DNA from: a virus
Length of the DNA stretch: 57,739 nt
Strand: one strand, 5' to 3'
IMG/VR virus record: IMGVR_UViG_3300029305_003605
Positions 8,385 to 17,496 of this stretch are shown here, one piece after another. The notes below the pieces were generated by a model. The model worked only from the letters and a program-made list of their open reading frames with translations. It ran no database searches and had not been told where the DNA came from. Every line of letters begins with the position of its first letter. Position 1 is the first letter of the stretch. The translations under genes were made by a program, and so were the position numbers.

Positions 8385-8414
8385 TTGCACAATGTCAGTA
8401 TTTTATGGTAGAAT
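8385..8414 (+). promoter_or_regulatory. Promoter of the late/structural operon (TTGCAC-18-TAGAAT)
   Basis: -35 at 8385-8390 and -10 at 8409-8414. An AT-rich AAAAATCTTAAAAAA element lies upstream and is also present at 44284. Confidence 0.55.
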
Positions 8415-8459
8415 AAGGGGGAGAACACATATTATTATTCGCAAGATAGGAGAACGGAA

Positions 8460-9137
8460 ATGGGTAAAGAAAATGAAGGCAATGGCAATATAAAATACGA
8501 CCAGAATAATTACCGTATTCATAGTGCCGAAAACAAACAGTTGATTAAAAAGAGTTTAGAGGATTGCGGAGCAGGCAGAAGTATCCTCATAGACAATGAG
8601 AATGAAATTATCGCAGGGAATGGGGTATATGAGCAGGCAAAAAAACTCGGAATACCTGTAAGAGTTATTGAAACAAAGGGAGATGAGTTAATTGCCGTAA
8701 AACGCACGGACTTAAAAACAGAAGACCAGAAAAGGAAAGTATTAGCGGTAATGGATAATACTACTTCCGATAGTTCAGAATTTGATATTGAAAAATTAGA
8801 AAACGATTTTGGCGGTATTGAATTATTAGATTTTGGTATAGAAGGAATAGGCGATGTAATGGCAGGAGATGATATACCAGAGGCAAGCGGTAGTGATAAT
8901 AAAAAAACATCTTCATCTGGGGGGGCAGATAGCGGTGATTATGGAGATTTGCAGGAGATAGGAGAAGACGCAGACGCAGACGGAGAAATGCAGAGAGTAA
9001 TTATTTGCTATAAGAAGGCAGATAAGCAGAAGTTAGAGCAGATACTCGGTACGGATATTACAAAAATTTTGTATAACATCAATGATTTAATTGACACAGA
9101 CACAGACGCAGGAGAGGAGCAGGGAGAAGATGAGTAA
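8460..9137 (+). CDS. ParB N-terminal-domain (ParB/Srx-fold) protein, paralog 1
   Basis: Contains NYRIHSAENK...CGAGRSILID...IIAGNGVYEQAKKLGIPVRVIE...LIAVKRTDL and has an acidic C-terminus. Confidence 0.6.
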   Translation: MGKENEGNGNIKYDQNNYRIHSAENKQLIKKSLEDCGAGRSILIDNENEIIAGNGVYEQAKKLGIPVRVIETKGDELIAVKRTDLKTEDQKRKVLAVMDNTTSDSSEFDIEKLENDFGGIELLDFGIEGIGDVMAGDDIPEASGSDNKKTSSSGGADSGDYGDLQEIGEDADADGEMQRVIICYKKADKQKLEQILGTDITKILYNINDLIDTDTDAGEEQGEDE

Positions 9138-9750
9138 TAATAACTTGAAATTTGACAAACGGAATTATCGTAAACACAATGAGAAAAACAAAAAACTCAT
9201 CAGAAAATCGCTTGAAGAATGTGGTACAGGTAGAAGTATCATCGTGGATAGCAATGATGAGATTATTGCAGGTAACGGTGTTTACGAGCAAGCAAAAGCG
9301 ATGAATATTCCTGTTAAGGTGGTTGAAACAGACGGCACGGAATTGATAGCGGTAAAACGCACAGACCTTAAAACATCTGATGATAAACGCACAAAATTGG
9401 CAATACTTGATAATAGCACGGCAGATAGTTCAGAAATGGATTACGCATTATTGCAGAAGGATTTTGAACTCGTGGATTTGATGAATATGGGTATTGACGC
9501 AGTTAATTTGAACATTGACGCAAACGCAAGCAATACAGACATATTTGAAAATTTGCCAGATGAGATTGCAGGGGAGAATTTAGAGGCAGATGAGTTAGAG
9601 GAGATAAAGGGAGATGATAGCACGGCTACGGAGAGAGTTGTTATCACTTTCAGACCAGACCAGAAGGCAGATGTTGAGCAGTTGCTCGGTATGCCGATAA
9701 ACAAAATTGTGTATGACGCAAAAGAAATATTTGCGGAAAATGGAATATAA
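9130..9750 (+). CDS. ParB N-terminal-domain protein, paralog 2
   Basis: Start taken at ATG 9130, which overlaps the paralog 1 stop by 8 nt. The first ~100 aa align residue by residue with paralog 1 (NYRKHNEKNK...CGTGRSIIVD...IIAGNGVYEQAKAMNIPVKVVE...LIAVKRTDL). Confidence 0.6.
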   Translation: MSNNNLKFDKRNYRKHNEKNKKLIRKSLEECGTGRSIIVDSNDEIIAGNGVYEQAKAMNIPVKVVETDGTELIAVKRTDLKTSDDKRTKLAILDNSTADSSEMDYALLQKDFELVDLMNMGIDAVNLNIDANASNTDIFENLPDEIAGENLEADELEEIKGDDSTATERVVITFRPDQKADVEQLLGMPINKIVYDAKEIFAENGI

Positions 9751-9765
9751 AAAGGGGAGAACAGA

Positions 9766-11010
9766 ATGGAATATTATGGCAGTCCTCGTTGGACAGGTGA
9801 AATAGCAGATTGCAGTATGCCTATGACAATGGATACATACAGTAATTGTAGTTATAATTGTCAGTATTGCTTTTCGCAATTTCAGAGAGCATTGGGTGGG
9901 TGCAAAGAGAATTATTTGCATAAGAAGGTAAAATGGGTAAACCCAGAGAAAATTAAGCAGATGTTTTTACACCCAGACAGTTCACAATTTGGGGAATACA
10001 TCAAACAAAGGAAGGTAATGCAATGGGGTGGACTTTCGGATCAGTTTGACGAGAATGAGAGAATGTACGGAATTACTCTCGACCTGTTGAAATTCTTCCG
10101 AAAAATTGAGTATCCAATATCTTTCTCAACAAAAAGCACTTGGTGGACAAAAGATGAGAGATACGCAAAGTTATTCAGAAACAATCCGAATTGGAATGTT
10201 AAGGTAAGTATTATTACATTAGAGGAGCATAAAGCCAGAATTATAGAGGCAGGGGTAGATAGTCCGCAGGAGAGATTAGAGGCGATAGAACGCATAGCAA
10301 ATTGGAACGCAGGGGGTGCAACACTCCGTCTGCGACCTTTTGTTATAGGAATTACTACACCGAGTTATCTTGACCTTATCAAAGAGGCACACAAAAGGGG
10401 TGCAACGGCAGTAAGTACAGAGTTTTTCTGCGTGGAGCAGAGAAGTACATTGTTAAAGCAAAAAATGCCGAAATTTAATGCTTTGTGCGGATTTGATTTA
10501 ATGCAATTCTATAAAAAATATTCTCCGCAACAGGGATATTTGAGATTAAACCGCAATGTTAAAAGACCTTTCGTACAGAAGATGAAGACATTGTGTGATG
10601 AGTTGGGTATGAGATTTTATGTATCCGATAGCCACTTCAAAGAGTTGAGTTGCAATGGAAGTTGTTGCGGATTGCCAGAGAATTGGAATTACAGTAGAGG
10701 GCAGTTCACACAGGCATTGTTAATCGCAAAAGAGAAGGGAGTAGTTACCTACCCAGAGATAAAAGAGGATATTGAAAAATTATTCTCTGGATTTGAGTGG
10801 GGAAGTGCAAACGGATTTAATTGCGGAAGTAGTGAGAAAAGAGCAAAATTTAAGGATATGACAATGGCGGATTATATGCACTACCTGTGGAATAACCCAC
10901 AAAATGGGCAAAGTCCGTACAAATTGTTTGAGGGAGTTCTCACACCAGAAGGCAAAGATGAGAACGGAGATATTATTTACGCATATAACGCAGACAGGAG
11001 CATAAAATAG
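9766..11010 (+). CDS. Radical SAM enzyme (SPL/COG1533-like)
   Basis: C28-x3-C32-x2-C35 (YSNCSYNCQYCF) near the N-terminus. 414 aa, with GGGGAGA upstream. Confidence 0.7.
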   Translation: MEYYGSPRWTGEIADCSMPMTMDTYSNCSYNCQYCFSQFQRALGGCKENYLHKKVKWVNPEKIKQMFLHPDSSQFGEYIKQRKVMQWGGLSDQFDENERMYGITLDLLKFFRKIEYPISFSTKSTWWTKDERYAKLFRNNPNWNVKVSIITLEEHKARIIEAGVDSPQERLEAIERIANWNAGGATLRLRPFVIGITTPSYLDLIKEAHKRGATAVSTEFFCVEQRSTLLKQKMPKFNALCGFDLMQFYKKYSPQQGYLRLNRNVKRPFVQKMKTLCDELGMRFYVSDSHFKELSCNGSCCGLPENWNYSRGQFTQALLIAKEKGVVTYPEIKEDIEKLFSGFEWGSANGFNCGSSEKRAKFKDMTMADYMHYLWNNPQNGQSPYKLFEGVLTPEGKDENGDIIYAYNADRSIK

Positions 11011-11011
11011 T

Positions 11012-11932
11012 ATGTCAAATAGAGTTGCTATAATTGAGTGTTTTAATAACTCCCAGAGTGCAAAGAAGGGTAATTCAACTATTGCTCATATCAGAAACAA
11101 TAAGATAATTGCAAAGTATCTGGGGTGCGAATATTTTATCACAGAGGCAGATTTATTTTGTGCGAGTGTAAATACTTGGGATACATTGTTATTCACGAAT
11201 AGTAGTGCGTTTGCAGACCACAAAGACATCAAAAGAATTTTGGAGAATAACAAATCCGCCAGAAAAATATTTATCACAAACGATTATAAAACTAATCCGC
11301 ATTCGGAGTTGGGTAAGTATGAGTATGAAGTTATCGGGAATTTTAGACCAAAGAAGAATAACAAAAGAAAACATTACTTCCTAAACCTTAATGCACTTAT
11401 GGCAAAAACACCGCTCAAACAGACCGAGAAAAAATTTGATTGTGTTTATTGGGGTGCGTGCAGAGAAGACAGGATACCATATTTTCAGAAATACTTGCAG
11501 AAGGGAATATATTTAAGCACTACCCAGAAGGCTCAACCGAATTTTATAAAGGCAGGGTGCACACCGCATTTTATTCCGCCTGTGGATTGGAGCAAAAGCC
11601 TCACAAACTTATTCCGATACAGTTTATACATAGAGGATAATTGGATACATAGCAATTTTCATAACCTCGCAAACAGGTGGTACGAGGCAGGAATTTATAA
11701 TAATGTTACCTTCTTTGACAGAGATTGTTTGAACACGATATACCAATCCGAGATTGCAGATGTGTTTGATGAGTATTACACCGTAGGCACATACAACGAA
11801 TTGCAGACAAAGATTGCAGAGTGCAATAAAGATTGGCAGAAACATTTGGAGATACAGAAGGAATGGCACAAAATTGACCTCATCACCAGAGATAAAGTGT
11901 TGCAGGAAATCAAAAGAATTGTGGAAGGGTAA
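11012..11932 (+). CDS. T4 beta-glucosyltransferase-like (GT-B) putative DNA glycosyltransferase
   Basis: Collinear with T4 Bgt as recalled: VAIIECFNN/IAIINMGNN, DTLLFTNSS/DRLIVVNSS, KIFITND/KIYYLFTD, FDCVYWGACREDR/LDVIYGGSFRSGQR, LYIEDNW..NRWYE/LIIGDKN..LRVWE. Starts 1 nt after the radical SAM stop. Confidence 0.55.
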   Translation: MSNRVAIIECFNNSQSAKKGNSTIAHIRNNKIIAKYLGCEYFITEADLFCASVNTWDTLLFTNSSAFADHKDIKRILENNKSARKIFITNDYKTNPHSELGKYEYEVIGNFRPKKNNKRKHYFLNLNALMAKTPLKQTEKKFDCVYWGACREDRIPYFQKYLQKGIYLSTTQKAQPNFIKAGCTPHFIPPVDWSKSLTNLFRYSLYIEDNWIHSNFHNLANRWYEAGIYNNVTFFDRDCLNTIYQSEIADVFDEYYTVGTYNELQTKIAECNKDWQKHLEIQKEWHKIDLITRDKVLQEIKRIVEG

Positions 11933-11944
11933 GGAATTGACACT

Positions 11945-12367
11945 ATGACAAAGAAGAAAAATCCAAAAGACCTTCAAAAAGTTGGAAGGAAAACAATACT
12001 TGAAACAGACTTGGTGGCTGTCCAAAAATTAGAGAGTGCATTTGCTATTGGTGCAGATGTATCTCTTGCCTGTTCCCACGCAGGAATTAGCAGGCAGACA
12101 TATTACGAATTTATCAAAAATCACCCAGAAATGGCTGACAAATATGCACAAATTCGCAGAAAACCGATTTTGAAGGCATTGAATACGGTAGTGGGAGCAT
12201 TAGACGATCCAAAAATGGCAAAGTGGTATTTAACCAAAAAATTGAGTGAAGAATTTGGATTGAGCATAGACATCGGACAAAAGAAGGAAAAACCGATAAG
12301 TCTATCTGACCTCACAGATGAGCAGGTATTGGAGTTGGCACAACAGGCGGTAAAGGAAGGAATATAG
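11945..12367 (+). CDS. terS: terminase small subunit
   Basis: 140 aa with an HTH-like CSHAGISRQTYYEFIK segment, lying immediately upstream of the large terminase. Confidence 0.55.
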   Translation: MTKKKNPKDLQKVGRKTILETDLVAVQKLESAFAIGADVSLACSHAGISRQTYYEFIKNHPEMADKYAQIRRKPILKALNTVVGALDDPKMAKWYLTKKLSEEFGLSIDIGQKKEKPISLSDLTDEQVLELAQQAVKEGI

Positions 12368-12376
12368 GAGATAGGT

Positions 12377-12574
12377 ATGCCTACATATAATTTACGATGT
12401 ACCGACAGGGAGAAGTGCGGACACAGGTGGCAGGATTTTATGAGTATATCGGAGAAGGAAAACGCAGTATGCCCGAAGTGTGGAGCAAAGGCAGAAACAG
12501 ACTACGGAGCAAAGGCAAGTGGCTCTGTGTTGATAAAGGGAGCAGGATTTTACGCAGAGAAGGTAATTAGGTAA
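12377..12574 (+). CDS. FmdB-type zinc-ribbon protein
   Basis: MPTYNLRC...CGHRW...CPKCG, a CxxC/CxxC zinc-ribbon pattern. Confidence 0.55.
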   Translation: MPTYNLRCTDREKCGHRWQDFMSISEKENAVCPKCGAKAETDYGAKASGSVLIKGAGFYAEKVIR

Positions 12575-12577
12575 GCA

Positions 12578-13978
12578 GTGGCAGGGGAAGATAACACAAA
12601 AGCAGAGTTAAAACGGCAGTTGCTATATGAGGCTCGTAAAGAGGCAATAAAGCGATGTGCAGAAAAGGGAGATATTTTGAATTGGGGTAAGTTTTTATTC
12701 CCAGACAAATTCTCCCTACCATTTTGTGAAGAGTTGCATAACTATATGATAGGCACATTTGAGGACAAACTCACCAGAACTCTTGCACCCAGAGGACACG
12801 CAAAGACCACTATTGAGGGATTTTTGTTGCCGATGTTCTACGGACTTAATCGCCCAGAGATATTTCAACACTTTTTGAATGTGCAGAACACCTCATCAAA
12901 GGCAATCAATTTGAATGTGTCTATGAAAACCGAGTTTGAGTGTAACGAGATGTTGATAGACATTTACGGAGATATGAGGGCATTAGATGAGAAGTGGACA
13001 GAGAAGACATTCGTATTGAAAAATGGGGTAATTTTTTCTTGCGTAGGTGCAGGAGAGAGTTTGAGGGGTATTCAGTACAAGAATAAAAGACCAGATTCTA
13101 TTATTGCAGATGATTTGTATGATGATGAGGATATTAACAACGCACAGAGAGTAGAAAAGAAAAATCGGTGGTTCTGGAGTACCTTATACCCTGCCAGAGC
13201 AAAGAGCAAAAAACACGCAGTACATATACAGGGTACGGCAATTAGTAAAATTGACCTTATGCACACAGGGGAAGGCACAAAGGTATTTAAGATAATTTAC
13301 CCAGACGGCAGAATACTGTGGAAGGAATTGTGGAGCAAAGAGGAGATAGAGCAGGAGAAAATTAACATCGGAAGTATTATCTTCTCCAGAGAGTACCTTA
13401 ACGAAGTGCGTGATGATGAAAGTAGTATTATCAAGGAAAGTTGGATACAGTTCTATAAGCACTCCGAGTTGTTACAGACAGGGGTAAAACTCACACCGAT
13501 TTGTGCATTAGATCCTGCGTGTGGGGAGAAACAGTTAAACGACTTTTCTGGATATTGTATCCTGCATACTGATAAAAACTTCAATGTGTATATTGAGAGA
13601 GTTGCAGAGATGAAGAATAGTTTTAATGCAAATATGAACGCAATAGACAGTTGGAATAGCAGATTTAATCCGAGTGTATTCGCAATAGAGGCAATAGGAG
13701 CATTTAAGCAACTCACACAGGAAGTAAAACGCACGAAAAACATACGACTTAAAGAAGTAACATCGGTAAAGGATAAAATCAGCAGATTAGAGGCACAGTC
13801 ATTCCGATTTGAGAATAGGAAGGTGTTCATAAACTCCGAGATGAGCAAGAAGGAAATGGACAATTTGATTGAACAGTTAATCAATAATTACCCTGTTCAC
13901 GATGATGTCCGAGATAGTGTGGTATTGGCTATGGAGCAGATAGGTAAACCGACAGGAATACGAGTAAGAAGACTATAA
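12578..13978 (+). CDS. terL: terminase large subunit
   Basis: GTG start. Walker A-like APRGHAKTT, Walker B-like SIIADDLYDDE, and a C-terminal nuclease-like region (ALDPACGEK...). 466 aa, upstream of the portal. Confidence 0.8.
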   Translation: MAGEDNTKAELKRQLLYEARKEAIKRCAEKGDILNWGKFLFPDKFSLPFCEELHNYMIGTFEDKLTRTLAPRGHAKTTIEGFLLPMFYGLNRPEIFQHFLNVQNTSSKAINLNVSMKTEFECNEMLIDIYGDMRALDEKWTEKTFVLKNGVIFSCVGAGESLRGIQYKNKRPDSIIADDLYDDEDINNAQRVEKKNRWFWSTLYPARAKSKKHAVHIQGTAISKIDLMHTGEGTKVFKIIYPDGRILWKELWSKEEIEQEKINIGSIIFSREYLNEVRDDESSIIKESWIQFYKHSELLQTGVKLTPICALDPACGEKQLNDFSGYCILHTDKNFNVYIERVAEMKNSFNANMNAIDSWNSRFNPSVFAIEAIGAFKQLTQEVKRTKNIRLKEVTSVKDKISRLEAQSFRFENRKVFINSEMSKKEMDNLIEQLINNYPVHDDVRDSVVLAMEQIGKPTGIRVRRL

Positions 13979-13990
13979 TTTGTTCAGTTA

Positions 13991-13999
13991 TGGTATAAT
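13991..13999 (+). promoter_or_regulatory. Possible extended -10 promoter (TGgTATAAT)
   Basis: TG at 13991-13992 followed by TATAAT at 13994-13999, in the 71-bp gap before the portal gene. Confidence 0.3.
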
Positions 14000-14049
14000 A
14001 AAAAAGAAATGGGGAGCAGGTAGAGTAAACCATAAAGGAAAAAAAGAAA

Positions 14050-15594
14050 ATGGGCAACAAACAAAGCAACAAACTTGAAAAGAAATCATTTATACAAAGA
14101 TTAACAGGACTTTTTGAGAAAAAATCAGCGGATTTGGGGAGTGATTACTCCGATTTAGGAAGTATTGAGAGATTTTATTCAGCATTTGCGTTAGGGTATA
14201 GCAGGGGTATTGGTTGGCTATCAGCATTGGGAGCAATCAATTACTATTGCACTATTGCACCGATTGCGAATGCGGTGGACTTGATTGCAGAAACGGCAAG
14301 CAGAATTTATTTATCCGTGTATGACAAAAAAAATAAAGAGTTCATAAAGGACACGGAGAACACAATCAGCACTCCTTCAAAGGCATTGAAAGTATTACAG
14401 GGGGGAAATTACACCCAGACATACACAGAATTTATGCGTAGTTTGATGAGTTATTTTTTAATCACAGGCAACGCATTTGTTATTGCACAGAGTACCGCAC
14501 CGAATACGGATATTATTGAGTTGATTTGTGCTAAACCGCAGGACTTTGTAATAATGGGAGCAGGCACATCATTGGCAACTACATACAAATGGACAGACGG
14601 CAACAGAATACTCAATTTTAAGTTAAACTTTATGAATTGGAGATACGAGGCAACCGATGAAAAAGGATTTTACTATGAGTTAAAGCATATTAAGTTCTTC
14701 AATCCGAAATTTAATGTTGGCAACCTTTGGGGAATGTCACCATTGACGCAGTTATATCTGGAAATGGAACAGTACATAGAAGGTGCAGTACATAATAAAT
14801 CCTTATTGCAAAATGGACTTAAACCGAGTGGAGTGCTAACTCTTGATGAGGAGATGTCGGACAACGCATACGAGAGAGCAAGAAAAGAGTTTCAGAGTTT
14901 CTATTCGGGAGCAGAAAACGCAGGGAAGGTGTTAATATTTGAGGGTACAAATGCAAAATTTGACAGTTTCGCATTAAGTCCGAGAGATATGGACTATGCA
15001 AATCTGGTTGAGTGGATAGAAGGGGTATTGTACTCCAGATTGAAGATACCAAGACCGTTAGTGTCCGATAAGACTATGACATACAATAATTTATCAGAGG
15101 CATTGAGGCAACTGTACATTTTGGCTATATTCCCTTCTTTTGACCTCGTGTTAGAGGCATTGACACAGTTGATATTCGGCAGATACCAGAAAAAAGACGG
15201 AGATAATTACGAGATATATTATGACACGAAGGATATTGACGCATTTGCGGAAAAACTCGCAGAAACAGATGAGAAGGTAGTGCGTCTGGGCATTTGTACA
15301 TATAATGAGGCTCGTAATAAGTTCAATTTACCAGACCTTAACGAAAATGGGGATATTGTTTTCGCACCGCCTATGCAAATGCCGTTGGGTATAGTTGGGG
15401 TAAACGGTGGTAACAATCCGAAGGCACAGGAAGATGATAACAATACAAATACTCAACCTGCACCGCCACAGAAAACACCAGAGGAGCAGGAGCAGGAAAT
15501 AAAACAATTCCGAGCAACATTGGAGCGACAAAAGATATTCACCGAGCAGGACATACAGAGGGCAGTAGAGAGAATATATGGCAAACAACAATAA
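14050..15594 (+). CDS. portal protein
   Basis: 514 aa, directly after terL and before the head-morphogenesis gene. Called on size and position. Confidence 0.7.
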   Translation: MGNKQSNKLEKKSFIQRLTGLFEKKSADLGSDYSDLGSIERFYSAFALGYSRGIGWLSALGAINYYCTIAPIANAVDLIAETASRIYLSVYDKKNKEFIKDTENTISTPSKALKVLQGGNYTQTYTEFMRSLMSYFLITGNAFVIAQSTAPNTDIIELICAKPQDFVIMGAGTSLATTYKWTDGNRILNFKLNFMNWRYEATDEKGFYYELKHIKFFNPKFNVGNLWGMSPLTQLYLEMEQYIEGAVHNKSLLQNGLKPSGVLTLDEEMSDNAYERARKEFQSFYSGAENAGKVLIFEGTNAKFDSFALSPRDMDYANLVEWIEGVLYSRLKIPRPLVSDKTMTYNNLSEALRQLYILAIFPSFDLVLEALTQLIFGRYQKKDGDNYEIYYDTKDIDAFAEKLAETDEKVVRLGICTYNEARNKFNLPDLNENGDIVFAPPMQMPLGIVGVNGGNNPKAQEDDNNTNTQPAPPQKTPEEQEQEIKQFRATLERQKIFTEQDIQRAVERIYGKQQ

Positions 15595-15898
15595 CAATAA
15601 CAACAACAATATCGTAAATTTTGAGTTCTTCAAAGGGCAAAAAGAGTTAGATAAGGATTATTCAAAATTCGTGGGGAATGCAGAGAGAACATTTAATGCA
15701 AAGACCACTCCCGAAAGTATGATGAAAAGGTTATATTACACTCTCCGCTATCTTGAAGGACATATAAACGGAATGAGTATGTTATTCCTACTCACAGGAC
15801 AGGATATGAGAAGTCAGCAGGAAGGCATAAAATACATAATTGATTGGCTTGAAGGCATTTTGAAGGATTTGAGGTGTTATTACAATGGCAAAAAATAA
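15578..15898 (+). CDS. hypothetical protein
   Basis: 106-aa ORF overlapping both neighbours, with an Asn run at the N-terminus. Confidence 0.55.
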   Translation: MANNNNNNNNNIVNFEFFKGQKELDKDYSKFVGNAERTFNAKTTPESMMKRLYYTLRYLEGHINGMSMLFLLTGQDMRSQQEGIKYIIDWLEGILKDLRCYYNGKK

Positions 15899-16826
15899 GG
15901 GAATAAATAACACACTTTATAAAGCCAGAGAGAAGGCAAAAGAGGAGATTGAGTTAAAGAAGGCATTAGAGGCACTCTTGACGGCAGACCTCATTATGTT
16001 TTATCAGCAGTTGGCAGATGATTTCAGCACGGTGTACTCTGCAACAGGGGAGATACTCAACCTTAATGAGAGTTACATTGACGAGTTGAAGGCATTGTTA
16101 AAGAAAAACTATCGCAGAGTGGGCAATCATTTCGGCAGAAGTACCAGACAGAGCATTGAGGATATTATGGACTTAGATGTCTATGAGATTATCCCAGAAG
16201 TTGCAAAAAGTCTTGACGATAGGATAGGAATGGCATTGGGTGCATTTTTTCTATTGCGTTCAGACGATATTGCACCGAAAATTGCAAACACGGTAAGAGA
16301 TGAGATGATACAGAAGACACAGACGGCAATACTCCAAGTTGTTGAGAAGGCAAAAGAGGCAGGAGTAGCACCTGTGATAAACAACGCAGAAATAGCAGGC
16401 ACGGTAGGGGAGCAGTTGAAGTTATGGGGAGAAAATCACGCACCTACCGTATCTGTTACAGAAGTGCAGGCAGTTGCAGAGGAGAGCAAATATACCGAGC
16501 AGGCAGAGATAATTAAGGACACGGCAGAGAGTGATGATAATGAGTATGACATCACGGAATTGCAAGCAGGAGCAGAAAAGTTGTGGATAACGGCAGAAGA
16601 TGAAAAGGTGAGAGAAAGCCACCAAGCAATAGACGCAACCTTAATCCCTGCGGACAGTTTATTTACTACGGGTGCAGGCAGTTTGATGAGATATTGCGGA
16701 GATATGTCATTGGGTGCTCCTTTGAGCGATGTAATTAACTGCCGATGTGAAACGATATTCAGATATAATGCAGAAGTAACAATGATTATCACTAATCACA
16801 TATTTCGCAGGAAGGGTATTGCATAA
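15885..16826 (+). CDS. head morphogenesis protein (Mu F / SPP1 gp7 family)
   Basis: C-terminal region EDEKVRESHQAIDAT...GDMSLGAP...INCRCE, typical of the Mu F-like domain. Confidence 0.6.
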   Translation: MAKNKGINNTLYKAREKAKEEIELKKALEALLTADLIMFYQQLADDFSTVYSATGEILNLNESYIDELKALLKKNYRRVGNHFGRSTRQSIEDIMDLDVYEIIPEVAKSLDDRIGMALGAFFLLRSDDIAPKIANTVRDEMIQKTQTAILQVVEKAKEAGVAPVINNAEIAGTVGEQLKLWGENHAPTVSVTEVQAVAEESKYTEQAEIIKDTAESDDNEYDITELQAGAEKLWITAEDEKVRESHQAIDATLIPADSLFTTGAGSLMRYCGDMSLGAPLSDVINCRCETIFRYNAEVTMIITNHIFRRKGIA

Positions 16827-16831
16827 GAATT

Positions 16832-17203
16832 ATGACGGAGAAGGCAAATAAACTCATACCGACAGAGGCAGAGGAGCAGAAGGCATTGTGCGAGTGGTTA
16901 CGCAAGCATAATATCCGTCATTTTTCAACATCTATGGGAGTTTGGTTCGGGAAGACAAATTACCGATATATAATGAGCCTCAAAAGTCGTGGATTTGAAG
17001 TAGGTGTACCAGATTTGGTACTCCTTTTTGACAATGGGGTAACGGCATTTATTGAACTCAAAAGAAGGGATAGGAATGCGAGTAAGGTAAGACCGTGCCA
17101 GACAGAGTGGATAGAGTGGTTACAGGCACACGGATACCCTGCCAGAATATGTTACGGAGCGGTTGAGGCGGTACAGTTTGTAAAGGAAATCATAGGGCAG
17201 TGA
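16832..17203 (+). CDS. VRR-NUC domain nuclease
   Basis: EEQKALCEWL...GVPDLVLLF...AFIELKR...VRPCQTEWIEWL matches the VRR-NUC PD-(D/E)xK pattern. Confidence 0.65.
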   Translation: MTEKANKLIPTEAEEQKALCEWLRKHNIRHFSTSMGVWFGKTNYRYIMSLKSRGFEVGVPDLVLLFDNGVTAFIELKRRDRNASKVRPCQTEWIEWLQAHGYPARICYGAVEAVQFVKEIIGQ

Positions 17204-17490
17204 GTTTGGAGCAGATTATGAGAATGGTAAATATTGCAGGCAAGTTGGTGAATGTGGAGCAGGTGAGATATGTAAACCACAGAAAAGACGCAGACACAGG
17301 AAGGGTGTATTGCTTATATGTCTTTGATGAGAAAACCGTGCTACAAGAAGTTTTTGCCGATGTGGAGAAGTTTGAGCAGGCGATGATAAAGTACGGATTT
17401 TTGCCGAAGGAAAATGAGGAAATACATCATTTCAAAAAATTGTGTATAATAGGGGAAGATATAATTAAAAAATTAACAGGCAGGAGATAA
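17200..17490 (+). CDS. hypothetical protein
   Basis: 96-aa ORF with a GTG start overlapping the upstream TGA. An alternative in-frame ATG is at 17218. Confidence 0.5.
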   Translation: MSLEQIMRMVNIAGKLVNVEQVRYVNHRKDADTGRVYCLYVFDEKTVLQEVFADVEKFEQAMIKYGFLPKENEEIHHFKKLCIIGEDIIKKLTGRR

Positions 17491-17496
17491 GGAAAA

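Noticed and set aside
8460-9750. ParB paralogs as evidence for a plasmid-prophage partition system
   Set aside because: There is no ParA/ParM-type ATPase, no repressor or integrase, and the genes sit in the late operon. A partition role is not supported by the context.
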